A DNA stretch of 64,000 nucleotides from Eledone cirrhosa (GCA_964016885.1 OZ024743.1:51894001-51958000); one strand, 5' to 3'. Positions 38,819-51,586 are shown, numbered from the stretch's first letter. Program-made: numbers and translations. The notes: generated by a model from the sequence alone, not told the origin.

Positions 38819-38822
<4 letters not shown>
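36185..38822 (+). mobile_element. 5'-truncated RTE LINE (family A): APE C-terminus and RT; inactivated by a stop at ~36645, YADD to YAND, and a late frameshift
   Basis: SQIDFLLV..QHRLVV (APE); 632-aa ORF with RT motifs; (GAT)n tail at 38801-38822; flanked by (TA)n. Confidence 0.95.
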
Positions 38823-38857
<35 letters not shown>

Positions 38858-38882
38858 ATATAAAAATGTCTTCTACATGACT

Positions 38883-39387
38883 AGAACTGTTTCATTCGGG
38901 AGAAATCATCAGGAAGCTGACTGTCCAAGTAATATGGTGGTATTTATACCTTTTCTGGTGGTAGGAGAGGCTGGTGATTGGGATGGCTGGAGGTCATTGG
39001 TTGATGGATTTAAAGAAAAGGGAATTCTTTATATATATATGTATATGAGTGCGTGTTTGTGTGTGGGAGGGTGGGCATGTGCGCGTGATTGTAGGCACCT
39101 GACCATTTCAGTAGAGCTACTAATGAATAGCCATTCTTAGCTTAAGTGAACCGTAACAATTAGGAGTCCCCCCTCCTCCCCCCAGTGTGAACCTGTCTAC
39201 AGAATTTTTTCTGCCTTTGTTACTCTAAATATAGTTTTTAAAGAATTCCCTTTTCTTTAAATCCATCAACCAATGACCTCCACCCATCCCAATCACCAGC
39301 CTCTCCTACCACCAGGAAAGGTATAAATACCACCATATTACTTGGACAGTCGGCTTCCTGATAATTTCTCCCGAATGAAACAGTTCT
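38883..39387. repeat. Inverted repeat (arms 38883-39031 and 39239-39387), PLE pseudo-LTR-like, with a TATA box and a decayed HHR core in each arm
   Basis: Arms are near-exact reverse complements; GGTATAAATA lies about 30 nt upstream of CTTC-CTGAT(G/A)A-T-TTC-TCCC-GAA-T-GAAAC. Confidence 0.75.
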
Positions 39388-39824
39388 CTCCCTTTCTCCC
39401 TCTCACTTTCACTCATCCTCTCTCTTTCAGCCACCGCATTGTTTCCCTCGCCTGACCCTCTAGTAGTCCTTTTCTCACTTACACTCGCTGGGGTCAGTCG
39501 TGTCTTTTTGTTCGCCCAGACACTCTCGAACTTAAGTTCAGTTATCGTTGTGGTCTTGGATCTTCTTTCCTTAAGTTGCTCGCACATTGCTCGGTTTGTT
39601 GTTTTTTTTGCTGTTTTCTCTTTTCTTCCGTTTCCCCTTCTATTTTCCTTCCCTCCCTCCTCCGTTTTCCCAATAACTTACCCAATTATTGAACGCTCTG
39701 GGGGTAGATATATTGTCTTTAAAGCGTTGATATATATATATATATGATTAGTTCTTTCATTGTTTTGGTATTGTATAGTTGGGTTTTGCCTACCGCAATT
39801 TTCAATTTGTCAAGCTTTTTAAAT

Positions 39825-40165
39825 GGAGGCACATGGCTTAGTGGTTAGAGCATTGGCTTTGCAATCGAAAGGTTGTGAGTTCAATTCTCAGACCAGGTGA
39901 TGTGTTGTTTCCTTGAGCAAGACACTTTATTTCACATTGCTCCAGTTTACTCAGCTGTAGAAATGAGATGATAGGGACTGGGGTCCATATCATTCCACTA
40001 CAAAGTGGACGTGTTAGCGCCACGGCAAAAAAGCACCCAGCACTCACTGTAAATGAGGTTGGTGTTAGGAAGGGCATCCAGCTGTAGAAATCAAGCCAGA
40101 ATCAGTTCCCATCCTACCCTTGCAAGCAGGGAAAAAGCGGATGTAAAATGAAATGAAATGAAATG
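39825..40165 (+). mobile_element. Full-length tRNA-derived CORE-type SINE with RTE tail
   Basis: GGAGGCACATGGCTTAGTGGTTAGAGCATTGG..GAGTTCAATTCTC; CORE-like centre; (AAATG)n tail. Confidence 0.88.
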
Positions 40166-40413
40166 TTATTACTCTAAGGACCTACCCTTATTGGATGCTT
40201 TGCTACTCATTCCTAATTCTAGGTCGACTTTGCTTGGCCACAGCCAAAGCTTCGATTTTACTAAGCTTCCACTTGTATATATATATATATTGCACACCAT
40301 CTACACACACGTAACAGCACCCATGACATACCTAGAGTCTCCACTTCGGCACCCACTCTCTTCAGCCATCTTAAAATGTTTTCCAACCTTCCAAACCACT
40401 TGTCCCAGCCCTA

Positions 40414-40470
<57 letters not shown>

Positions 40471-40486
40471 ATCATATATATATAAT

Positions 40487-40786
40487 CATTTTACGTCCGC
40501 TTTTCCCTGCTTGCAAGGGTGGGACTGGAACTGATTCTGGCTTGATTTCTACAGCTGGATGCCCTTCCTAACACCAACCTCATTTACAGTGAGTGCTGGG
40601 TGCTTTTTTTTTTGCCGTGGCACCTCCACGACCACTTTGCAGTGGAATGATAGGGACCCCAGGCCCTATCATCTCATTTCTACAGCTGAGCAAACTGGAG
40701 CAATGTGAAATAAAGTGTCTTGCTCAAGGAAACAACACATCGCCCGGTCCGAGAATTGAACTCACAACCTTTCGATTGCAAGGCCA
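40487..40786 (-). mobile_element. Slightly 5'-truncated SINE of the same family
   Basis: Reverse complement of 39860-40150. Confidence 0.85.
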
Positions 40787-40964
40787 TATATATATATATA
40801 TATATATATATCGCCGAATTTTGCTATTTCCCGAAGAAGGACTTATGTCCGATACATTGAAACCCTCTTTTACTTCTTCCCAAGCGTGAATCGAATAATA
40901 AAAAGACAGTCTTTTTACATCTGTGTTTGTCTTGTTTATTCTTGAACTATATATATAGTTCCTG

Positions 40965-41085
40965 TATGAGCAAGGCATGGTCAGCCAACCAGACACTGCC
41001 CGCAACAGGACAACCCGTCTAACCCATGCTAGCATGGAAGAACGGACGTAAAACGGTGATGATGATGATGATGATGATGATGATA
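40965..41085 (+). mobile_element. RTE-type 3' tail fragment
   Basis: AACCCATGCTAGCATGGAAG..GGACGTAAAACG followed by (GAT)n. Confidence 0.7.
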
Positions 41086-41800
41086 TATATATATATATGT
41101 ATATATACGGGATAACAGGTTATCGTTATAGATGTAGTCCAATTAGAGTACTCCGCGGTGTTGTGGATGGTATTAACGTATGGCTTAGTTTGACTCAACA
41201 AGACGTTTCCATAGTGATGCTGTGAGTACACGGTGATTTCTATGTAGTTTATACTTGGAGTAATAATAATTCAAGAAAGAAGAGTGACATGGTTCGCTAT
41301 ACAATTGCTGACAATTGTTTCTTTGATCTGGTAGGTCTAGAGTTCGCTACTCGCTTGGTGTTGCGTCACTCGATCTCCAATACTTTGTTTATAACCAGTC
41401 CTTTCATCAGAGCGTGCTAAAGTGAGGAAGATACTCGAGGCATGGCTTTTATAGAGGAGTGGTATTAAACCAGAACAATAATATCAATAATAAAATAACT
41501 AGATACTGAATAGTTAAAATAATAACATCAATGTAAGTAAGAAATAGAGTATATGTATATATATATGTGTATATATATAAATATATATATATATATAAAT
41601 ATATATATATATACTTTATATACATTATAAAACTCTTTTATAAAAAGAATTGTCCCTCTCATTTTTTCAATAATGTCACTTTGACGAATGAAAGAAAGGG
41701 AAAAAAAAGAAAAACGACCCTTAAATATATTTTCCGTGCTATTTCCAATTTCACCTTTTCTCTATAACCACTGTTTTGTATAGAACCTTACTTCCCTTTT

Positions 41801-41840
<40 letters not shown>

Positions 41841-41877
41841 ATTAAACAAATGGAAACTATATTTATAAAACCATATT

Positions 41878-41943
41878 TATTTCATTATACATATTTCGGG
41901 GATACCATATTAAAAATATGGCATGCCTTCTTCAGATAAAATA
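41878..41943 (-). ncRNA. Minimal type I hammerhead ribozyme in a PLE-like remnant (~41840-42430)
   Basis: TATTTTAT-CTGAAGA-AGGCATGCCATATT-TTT-AATATGGTATCCCC-GAAA-TATGTA-TA-ATGAAATA; flanks match 49527-49680. Confidence 0.72.
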
Positions 41944-43285
41944 CAATATATAAACAGTTTTATAAATAATTTTGACGTACCATAAATATTGACCAACCGT
42001 TATGTAAGAAGCTGGTTTGGTAGTGAGATGTTTATAAATATTTAGTGTTAAGCACAGTTAAAAAGAAAGACGGAGAAAAAGAAGAAATGTATGTAAAGAA
42101 AAACAGAGAGAAATAGAGAGAGATAGGGGAGAGAGAAATAGTGAGGAGGTGAAAAAAGAGACGCAGCTGAGGCAACAGATGAATAATAATAATTCATCAT
42201 ACAAATTGAGAGATTTAGGAGGGAGGGAGTACTGTAATTATTTAGTTATAGTGTGAAGGACAGTTGGGGAGGAGACGGAGAAAAAAAAAATGAAGAGAAA
42301 ACAGAGAGAGAGAAAGATAGAGGTGGGGGGTGGGGGGGAAGAGGTAGACCAAATAATAATAATTATATATGGGGAGGTGAGAGAAATAGGAGAGAAATAA
42401 GAGAGAAACTCGAGAGGCAAAATTAAAATAACTGATACATAGACTTCATCATATATAAAGAGGGAGGAGAAGAAAGAGCTATATCTAGAGAGAGGGATGA
42501 TAGATTTACATCTTTACGTTATGTCCTATCAATTTGAATTATCAATTCATATGAATTGGGTAATATAATGTAAATATCAATATTCATGAATGAGACATAG
42601 ATATATAATGTGTGAAAAATAATGACCATATGTTTAGTTTAAAATTCTGAGGTCGATGTACCAAAACTGAGATAAAACTTCAAAAAATACGGAAATATAT
42701 AAGTATATACATACATGCATATGCACTTTCCGGAAAAGGAAAGAAAGAGAAAAAGAGAAGGTCATCTCAAGTTCTAGTTGATATTATAGACATACCCATG
42801 ATCTTACGTGATCAACTCTGTAATTTCTTGTTCCACAGAAAAAAAATTTTTTCCCTTGTGTTATAAAAGATTTTACTATATATATATACATAAAAAAAAA
42901 ATTAATATTCTTGCCCTCACATACATGATTATCGTTCATGTATAGAATATTATGCATATCTGTAACATATCCACAACTATACCCACACATATATATATAT
43001 ATATATGTATGCACACATATATGTACATGGACATATAAAATAAACAGATAAAATAAAATAAAATATACTCTGTAATCATTCCATATGCATATTAATACAT
43101 ATGGCCTTTGTACAGAGACAACCAGATATCAATATATCAGCACAGAGATATCAAAACGTTAAAAATATTTTCATCACTCCCTAGAGTATCTCGGGCCGTA
43201 AAAAACACAGTATGCCCCCCCATATCAACCACAGAAATCTACCCTTCCAATTTATCTGACAATATATTGCCAAGTTCATTAGAAG

Positions 43286-43511
43286 TGTAGTAAGACGCCT
43301 CACGCTCCTTGATAGAACAACGCCGGTTGAGAACGCCAGAAAGAAAAGACAGACAGCCACTGGAAAGCCGACGGAACACACGCCAGAAACCAGCCTCTGT
43401 ACAACACCATTGTTTGTGCTACATCAAAAAATAAACGTATATTTCATCTCTAATTTCTGCTGTTATTATGTCACTCGTATCTCGATAACATCTACAACTA
43501 ATACTGCTAAA
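43286..43511 (+). repeat. 5' LTR
   Basis: Starts TGTAGTA, ends TGCTAAA, contains AATAAA, followed by the PBS. Confidence 0.92.
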
Positions 43512-45081
43512 GTGGTAACCGACGTAAGAATATCACGCAGCCCTTCTTATTCATTCAGTTTAACTTTTATTGCCACGTCGCAACTTGCGAAAATCCAGAA
43601 TATTCCTTTTAAGATTTTTGAAAAATTAGCAGTATTTCAAAAACTTTTTCGCCACGAAAAAATTTCAAGATGGCTACCGACATGTCATGGCTACGCTTGA
43701 CAACAACAATGACAGCGTTGTTTAACCACTGACCAATACAGGGAACAGTGAGTGGCAGCTTCATAACCTTACCGACGCCAACCACCACACATCGGAAATT
43801 TCAAAACGGCTTGTAACTTTACCGACGCAACCACCATACCTTCTGTCTCGTTACCACAGGGACGCGAGAAATTGAGATAGTAGTTTCTCACCATTATGGC
43901 GTCAGACGTGACTGCCATATTTGGTGACTCCTACTCTACAGAAGATTCTTTGACTTTGCTTTAACAATAAGCAACAAAACCTTCGGGACGGTAAAATGGC
44001 CACGAAATCTCACAAAAACACCATACAGCTAACCCCTAACGGCATTAACAAACTTCTTTTTCAGTTTTCAGATAGAACTAGTGTCTGTACACTGGTGATG
44101 TGTGAACTATTTGACTTTGAAAAACTTTGAACTTATTGAGCAATTTCTCTGCTCCCCTAGATTGACTTTGAATTATCAGTTTGTTACATTCACATATTTC
44201 TTTGTAGAATGCATTTACTTGTTTTGTGCTCTTTTGCTATTTGCTTGCTCATGGTTTTTGTTCATTCACATTCTTTGCTGTTTTACATGCCTGCATATGC
44301 ACACATTTTTTTTATCACACACCAACATGTTGTTCTTGGTATATGTTCTTCAAACGTAATATTCTGCGAGTCCCTTTTCACCTGGTTGAGATGCTGTCAC
44401 ATGCTAGCAGCTCACAGAGCTTAATCCACTGGATTCAAACAGGCACCGCAACACGAGAATACATTGCAGCTGAACTCAAACAGCTTCGCATCTCGTTGCA
44501 CACTGATCGTCCATGACGGCCATCCGTCTTGTTGTTTTTGCCCGACTCGCTGGGAAAGCAACAAATTGAACTGGACTTGTTAGCATTTCGGCCACTTCTG
44601 TGGATTCGCCCGAATTATGGAATTTACACTGCAACCCACCTACAGATTAAACTTGCCTTTTGTTCTTTACAAAGCAACCAGTCATTTTTTCCTGGCTCCA
44701 CAGCACATTCGACAATACATCTGGGGGCCATCATTTTCTCGCCAGCACTGGTAAACTACCATAATAGCTTCGTTCACAGCTACTGGTACAACGCTTACCA
44801 TTAACATTTAATGCAAGAACAGCAACCTCGCCCATGTCAGACTTTATCCGTTTTTTGTTAGACCTTTGGCGGTCACGTATAAACAACAAAACAACTGGTC
44901 ATTTGACACAGCGGCTCAACACGGCCCGTAGCGCCTCATTTTTTGTTCTTGCATGCAACCTTCTGCTCAATTATTTTTTCACTGATGTGCTCTTTCAGCA
45001 TTTGTTCTTGCTGATTTAATAATATGTGGATCCTTGGTTTCTTCGTTATCGATTTTCGGCTGAAAATCTGGTTGGAGGTGA

Positions 45082-45450
45082 TGTAGTGACCTACATTCCG
45101 CGGGCTCACATACATTCTCTGTGCGTGATTTGGCTCAGTTCAGCCAATCAGCGCCAGTAGAAGAGGATGTATCCCTACGCGCCCTGAGGAAGAAATTCCC
45201 CGCGAAGATTTGAAGAATCTCGCTCTTGTACCGGAAACTTCAAGCCAGCAACACGCATAATGTAACAGTGAGATATTGCACCCCTAGCCCCGCCGGCTTA
45301 ACGGTGCAATGGCACATTCCCTTTTGTAACCTCTTTTTACCTGTAACTTCAACTATATAAATAAACAGACATTTCATCTCTAATTACTGCGGTTGAAGTC
45401 GTTATTATGTTACTCGTGTCTCAATAACATCTTTTATCCATGCTGCTGGA
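45082..45450 (+). repeat. Internal diverged LTR
   Basis: Starts TGTAGTG after TGAAAATCTGGTTGGAGG (paralog of the sequence before the 3' LTR); R/U5-like part homologous to the outer LTRs; followed by PBS-like TGGCGACCTGACG. Confidence 0.75.
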
Positions 45451-45597
45451 ATTGGCGACCTGACGAAAGGAATATTGTAAATAGATGGTAAATAGATCGA
45501 GGGACCTTCCCTCACGTCTATGTCAACAAGATAATCCAACGAGGATACTATCACTTACCACACTGGCAACTAACGACCACTGATTCTACCACCCGAG

Positions 45598-48500
45598 ATG
45601 CCTATTGAGTTGCAGGCAGTAAATTGTTCGCCGATTCGAACTTTCGGACAAATCTCGTTACCTTTGCAGTTTCGTAATCTGCGGCGCGAGTTTAAATGGA
45701 TATTTACTGTCGCTGCCTTGCCGTATCCGATTCTAGGCGCGGATTTTCTCCACCATTTTTCATTGACGGTGGACCTTCGTGGTAAACGCCTAATTGATGG
45801 CATCACGGGATTAACTGTTGTGGGCAAGGCAGCAGGAGTTCCAACGGTTAGCCCGACATTTTTTCTTGCTAACACCGGTGATCCTTTCCATGCGTTGTTG
45901 AACTCGTTCCCGCAACTGACACAGGGGAATTTTCGATTTGATGAACCAACTCATACCACGGAGCACTTCATATCTACAACTGGTGCTCCCGTTTTCTCTC
46001 GTCCTCGTCGCTTGCCTCTGGACAAACTCAAAGCAGCACGATCAGAATTTGATCATATGCTGCAAATGGGGATTATTCGTCCGTCCACGAGCCCGTGGGC
46101 ATCCCCATTACACATGGTACCGAAAGCGAATGGCGATTGGAGACCTACTGGAGATTATCGACGCCTGAATTCGATAACGGTGCCGGACCGTTATCCTATC
46201 CCTCATCTGCAAGACTTTGCGTCTTCGTTGCAGGGATGCAAGATATTCTCCAAACTGGATTTAATTCGTGCGTACCATCAAATTCCTGTCCATAAAAATG
46301 ACATTCCAAAAACGGCTATAGTTACGCCATTTGGGTCTTTCGAGTTTTTGACTATGCCGTTCGGATTAAGGAATGCCGCTAGTACTTTTCAGCGGTTTAT
46401 GGATGAGGTTACTCGCGGCCTCGATTTCGTCTATACCTATATTGACGATCTGCTCATTGCTAGTTCTTCTCCAGAGCAGCATACGCACCATTTGAATCTT
46501 CTTTTCCGCCGATTGAAGGCGTATAACGTGCAGCTTAATGCACCCAAATGTGTTTTTGGCGCTGAGTCACTGACTTTCTTGGGTCACGTCATCGATGCTG
46601 ACGGAATTCGACCCCGGCCTGAGCGAGTTAAGGTCATAGAGGATTTGCCTCCACCGACCTCACTACGTCAGTTACGCCAGTTCTTAGGTCTGGTTAACTT
46701 TTATAGGCGTTTCGTGCCAAATTGTGCCAAGTTGCTTTTCTCCCTGACAGAAATTTTGAAAAATTGTCGGAGGAAGAACAAAGATATTTCTTTGACAGAC
46801 ACTCAACTTGCTGATTTTCAGCACGCCAAAACTGTTTTGGCTAATGCTTCGTTACTGACTCACCCGGTACCCGGTGCAAGGCTAACGCTTTGTGTTGATG
46901 CATCGGATATCGCTGTGGGCGCAGTACTACAGCAAAACATCAATGGTTACCAGCAACCGCTGGAGTTTTTTTCCAAAAAGCTAAATCCTGCTGAGACGCG
47001 CTACAGCACCTTTGGAAGAGAGCTTTTAGCCATCTATTTGGCCGTGAAACATTTTTCACATGTGCTAGAGGGTAGACAGTTTACTATCCTCACTGACCAT
47101 AAACCATTGACTTTTGCTTTGAGAGCGAAGGCTGATAAATACTCGCCCAGAGAGACGAGACACCTTGATTTCATCTCGCAATATACGAGTGATATCCAGC
47201 ACATTCCGGGTTCACTAAATACAGCGGCCGATGCTTTGTCCCGCTTGCCCGTGACAGCGATCTCGTCATCCTCTGACATAGATCTGACTCGTTTGGCTGC
47301 GGATCAGCCTCCCCTTGAGTCATTGGATGTCACATCGCCCGAGTTTGCGAATTGCGAGATGAAATACTTGCCTCTGTCGACTGCAGTTGGCCAAATTCTC
47401 TGCGACGTCTCTTTGGACGTGCCTAGGCCCTTCGTTCCAGAGAATCATCGTCGGACCGTGTTTCTGGGATTACATTGTATCTCGCATCCAGGATCTTCTG
47501 CCACAGCAAAGCTCATATCAGCTAGATTTTTCTGGCCAAATATGAGGCGTGAAATTGCTGCTTGGTGCCGTTCCTGCGTCGCTTGCCAGAGATCAAAGGT
47601 CCATCGACACGTCAAGGCTCCCCTGGGTACCTTTGCTAACCCAGATGCGCGTTTTTCGCATATTCATATTGACATAGTGGGACCTTGGCCTGTCAGCGAT
47701 GGTTTTTCTTATCTACTTACCGTCATTGACCGTTTTTCGAGATGGCCTGAGGCCATCCCCTTGAAAAACATCACCGCGGAGACAACAGCACGTGCTCTTG
47801 TGTCTGGATGGATCTCTCGTTATGGAGTTCCATCCACAATAACTACCGACCGTGGACGACAGTTCGAGTCGAGCCTTTTCCTCGAGCTGTCAAAAATAAT
47901 TGGTGCTAAACGCATTAGAACTACGGCATACCATCCCGCTTCGAATGGTATGGTGGAGCGTTTTCACCGCCAACTGAAGGCCTCCTTAATGGCCTCAATG
48001 GACTCGGCGCATTGGAGCGAGTACCTCCCTATTGTGCTACTAGGGATTCGGTCAACGGTGAAGGTCGACTTTGGATTTTCACCGGCCGAAGTACTGTACG
48101 GTGCCCCTCTGACGTTGCCCGGGCAAATGCTTGCCCCTATCGATCTTGATGCCCAAGATCACGCTTCCTACGTGTCCCGTTTGCGCTCCTATTTCCAGGA
48201 TTTGCCGCCAATGGACACTAGGAAACAATCTGTCAAGACTGCTGTCCCGAGGGATATTGCCTCGTGGACGCATGTCTTTGTAAGGAATGATACGGTGAAG
48301 CCCCCGCTCACACAGCCTTACACTGGACCTTACCGTGTCTTAGCGCGCTCGGCTAAGCATTTCACGTTAGATATTAAGGGGTCCAGGGTGACAGTTACAT
48401 TAGACAGGCTTAAGCAGGCGCACCTTGATACGGACGCTGTGGTTCCTGATCCACGAACCCCTTCGTATTTGCCTGTTGAGCGAACGACTATTCCTGATCC

Positions 48501-48609
48501 ACCATCGCCTGTCCCTACACCACCACCATCGCCACGTTACAAGACTACGACCCGTTCAGGTCGTAGGGTCCACTGGCCCAAAAAACTTTGCAGCACCGTC
48601 TATATTTAG
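45598..48609 (+). CDS. pol: Gypsy Pol (C-terminal half of protease, RT, RNase H, integrase), 1003 aa, uninterrupted
   Basis: [28 protein letters not shown]; VDASD..ELLA..TDHKPL..ADALSR; H-x3-H..C-x2-C; DIVGP, TDRG, VERFHR; GPY motif. Confidence 0.95.
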   Translation: MPIELQAVNCSPIRTFGQISLPLQFRNLRREFKWIFTVAALPYPILGADFLHHFSLTVDLRGKRLIDGITGLTVVGKAAGVPTVSPTFFLANTGDPFHALLNSFPQLTQGNFRFDEPTHTTEHFISTTGAPVFSRPRRLPLDKLKAARSEFDHMLQMGIIRPSTSPWASPLHMVPKANGDWRPTGDYRRLNSITVPDRYPIPHLQDFASSLQGCKIFSKLDLIRAYHQIPVHKNDIPKTAIVTPFGSFEFLTMPFGLRNAASTFQRFMDEVTRGLDFVYTYIDDLLIASSSPEQHTHHLNLLFRRLKAYNVQLNAPKCVFGAESLTFLGHVIDADGIRPRPERVKVIEDLPPPTSLRQLRQFLGLVNFYRRFVPNCAKLLFSLTEILKNCRRKNKDISLTDTQLADFQHAKTVLANASLLTHPVPGARLTLCVDASDIAVGAVLQQNINGYQQPLEFFSKKLNPAETRYSTFGRELLAIYLAVKHFSHVLEGRQFTILTDHKPLTFALRAKADKYSPRETRHLDFISQYTSDIQHIPGSLNTAADALSRLPVTAISSSSDIDLTRLAADQPPLESLDVTSPEFANCEMKYLPLSTAVGQILCDVSLDVPRPFVPENHRRTVFLGLHCISHPGSSATAKLISARFFWPNMRREIAAWCRSCVACQRSKVHRHVKAPLGTFANPDARFSHIHIDIVGPWPVSDGFSYLLTVIDRFSRWPEAIPLKNITAETTARALVSGWISRYGVPSTITTDRGRQFESSLFLELSKIIGAKRIRTTAYHPASNGMVERFHRQLKASLMASMDSAHWSEYLPIVLLGIRSTVKVDFGFSPAEVLYGAPLTLPGQMLAPIDLDAQDHASYVSRLRSYFQDLPPMDTRKQSVKTAVPRDIASWTHVFVRNDTVKPPLTQPYTGPYRVLARSAKHFTLDIKGSRVTVTLDRLKQAHLDTDAVVPDPRTPSYLPVERTTIPDPPSPVPTPPPSPRYKTTTRSGRRVHWPKKLCSTVYI

Positions 48610-48837
48610 ACTATGTTAGCTGCACCTTTTTTTTGCCTCTGTGTTTCTGCTTTTTCTTTGCCTTGTTTTTTTTATGCATGCATGTCGTTTTTTTTTTTTT
48701 ACATTTTTCAAATCCTTATTCTGGATTCAATTTTTGCTAGAGCGGATAGCTCCCCCTTGTTGCATTGTTCGCCATCTTACTCCACATGTGAGTAATGACA
48801 TCGATTTTCAATAATTTGAAAATCTGGCTCGAGGTAC

Positions 48838-49057
48838 TGTACGCCTCACGCTCCTTGATAGAACAACGCCGGTTGAGAACGCCAGAAAGAAAAGACAGAC
48901 AGCCACTGGAAAGCCGACGGAACACACGCCAGAAACCAGCCTCTGTACAACACCATTGTTTGTGCTACATCAAAAAATAAACGTATATTTCATCTCTAAT
49001 TTCTGCTGTTATTATGTCACTCGTATCTCGATAACATCTACAACTAATACTGCTAAA
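48838..49057 (+). repeat. 3' LTR
   Basis: Matches 43295-43511 after TGT. Confidence 0.92.
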
Positions 49058-49409
49058 GAAGCAATCAGAATCAAAAAGTAAACAAAAAAAACAAAAATTA
49101 TTCAACAAAACTTATTTAGCAGAAAACATTTAAAGGATTTAGGAGACCCTGTTGTTCTACGGATGCTCTTATATTTAGTATAGAAGTTTATCTAGCGTAA
49201 AATTTATTCAATAGATTGGGAGCATCTACATTTTAGGGTAGTTTAATTACATCATTAGTATATATTTATGAAGAAGGTTTAAAAGAAAAAGTCGACGGAA
49301 TCGAAAGATATCGTATATCGTATATCTACTCCAAAACTTGTCGAGTGCTTTATATCAGTTATAAAATATTTACTTGTTGTAACCCAACAATTTTAAATAA
49401 AACTTTTGC

Positions 49410-49530
<121 letters not shown>

Positions 49531-49561
49531 TAAATGGAAACTATATTTATAAAACCATAAT

Positions 49562-49627
49562 TATTTTATTATATATATTTCAAGGGCAACCAAGGCAAAT
49601 TATGGTGCGCTTTCATCAGATAAAATA
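49562..49627 (-). ncRNA. Minimal type I hammerhead ribozyme (core intact)
   Basis: TATTTTAT-CTGATGA-AAGCGCACCA[10 nt]TGGTTGCCCTT-GAAA-TATATA-TA-ATAAAATA. Confidence 0.78.
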
Positions 49628-50758
49628 CAAATTTGTTTTATAAATAAATATTGACATACCCGCATAAAGACAACCTTAATTGTTGAGGTTCGCTGGATAG
49701 TGGAAATAATATTTTATAGAGGGTGATTCAAAGTTATGAGTGAGTATGCGAATGAGTGTCAGAAAAATTGAAAAAACAACGGTTTATTTAAATTAAACTG
49801 TTGGAAGAAAGTAGTGAAAAGGAGATATAAAAGGGAGAGAGAAGAAAAGAGAAAGAGAAAGAGAGAAGAAGAAAGAAAAGGGGTGATAAAGAAGGGGGAA
49901 ACAATTTCCTTATTGTTTTTATAATTCTCAATTTTTATAGTCTTAATTTATAGTCTGAATTTTTAAATGGTTTTAGTATATACTTCTAATTAAGTACTTA
50001 TTCCTTTGTAAACTCTCGTAATTTTTCGTAATCTTTGGAATTATTTAGGTGTTTAAGATTGGACTTACAACTATTATCAAATTCTGGCTAAATATAATTT
50101 TGTCAAACTTACTTTAATTAAATAAACAATACTAAGTTTTTTTTCCAATGTAAAATACTATACATTTAAATAATTTATAATCTATAACATAACATACCCA
50201 TCTAAACCCATATATTATTAATACATCTTAATATATTTTAAATACTTCTTTTTGTAATATATCCTATTTTTAATTAAATTTTAACAATATTTTAAAATTT
50301 TAACAATATTTTTATTTATTCTTAATTTAATTTTTAACTTATCATTATAAATATTATAAACATAGCATAATGAACGTTATATTTACGATTTGAGTATTCA
50401 TCCATGAAAAACTCATTTATTCGCTCGCTTCTCTTCACTATCACTATGCATAATCTTGTCTTTCTTTCCCCCTTTTTTTATCACCCTTTTTCTTTCTTCT
50501 CTCTTTCTCTTTCTCTTTTCTTCTCTCTCCCTTTCACTATTCTTTCTCTCTCCCTTTTATATCTCCTTTTCACTACTTTCTTCCAACAGTTTAATTTAAA
50601 TAAACCGTTGTTTTTTCAATTTTTCTGACACTCATTTGCATACTCACTCATAACTTTGAATCACCCTCAATAAAATATTATTTCCACTATCTAGCGAACC
50701 TCAACCATTAAGGTTGTCTTTATGCGATTTGTCAATATTTATTTATAAAACAAATTTG

Positions 50759-50824
50759 TATTTTATCTGATGAAAGCGCACCATAATTTGCCTTGGTTGC
50801 CCTTGAAATGTATATGATAAAATA
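50759..50824 (+). ncRNA. Hammerhead ribozyme copy with cleavage triplet mutated to AUG
   Basis: Same as 49562-49627 but GAAA-TGTATA-TG-ATAAAATA. Confidence 0.65.
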
Positions 50825-51142
50825 ATTATGGTTTTATAAATATAGTTTCCATTTAATTTATTAATATATTGAATATTTACTCCACTAATTTGTTGAGTGC
50901 TTTATATCAGTTATAACATTTTTAAGCTTGTTGAATCCCAACAATTTAAATATAACCTCTGCATATATATATAAATGAAAATATAATATATATATATATA
51001 TATATTTGTTATCTCTTTCTCTTAATTTCGAGTATATTTTTTTTGACCGGCCACCTTCCTGGTGGCAAGGTTGTAAAAGAAAAGAAATTGTCATCCCTTG
51101 AATCGCAAGAATGTTTTGCAAATTTTGATGTATGTATGTATG

Positions 51143-51171
<29 letters not shown>

Positions 51172-51173
<2 letters not shown>

Positions 51174-51537
51174 GGAAAACTCTGATATAACACCTGCAAC
51201 CCTGATGGTAGCCAATGATGTTTACTTGTTCTTCTTTTTGGTAAATATCATCTTGGTTAAGAGAGTGGGACTGGCTTTGTGCAGTGCTTTTGCTCACTAT
51301 AAAAGCTTCACGGCACAGGCATTGCTTTATATCTGGAGATCTCTCTGCACTTGTCGTCACATGGTACCATGGGCCCAGCACTATGTGTCAATAATTGTCA
51401 CAAGTGTAGTGTTTGTACCAGAGTTTTCAAGTCGCTGGCTGGACTAAAAAGCCACACTCGTTCAGCGCATCGGTAGGGGTTCTCCTACATGGATATAAAG
51501 TAGTGGCCGTACTCGAAAACGAGTTGGCAGCCACCAT
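51172..51537 (+). mobile_element. Truncated copy of the 25370-25935 repeat, embedded in (TGTA)n
   Basis: Sequence similarity; (TGTA)n on both sides. Confidence 0.7.
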
Positions 51538-51586
51538 GTATGTATGTATGTATGTATGTATGTATGTATGTATGTATGTATGTATG

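Larger units (their letters stand above)
43286..49057 (+). mobile_element. Ty3/Gypsy LTR retrotransposon with near-identical outer LTRs and an extra, diverged internal LTR
   Basis: LTRs at 43286-43511 and 48838-49057 look identical except for a 6-bp deletion at the start of the 3' LTR; 4-bp TSD GAAG (43282-43285, 49058-49061); PBS TGGTAACCGACGT resembling tRNA-Trp PBS TGGTGACCCCGACGT. Confidence 0.93.

Noticed and set aside
39825-39895. Functional tRNA gene
   Set aside because: The tRNA-like A/B boxes run directly into a CORE-like domain and LINE tail, and the acceptor stem does not pair: SINE head.
49262-49325. Further HHR relic (ATGAAGA..GAAAGATATC); similar weak case at 28165-28200
   Set aside because: Core and stems are too degenerate to distinguish from chance in AT-rich DNA.
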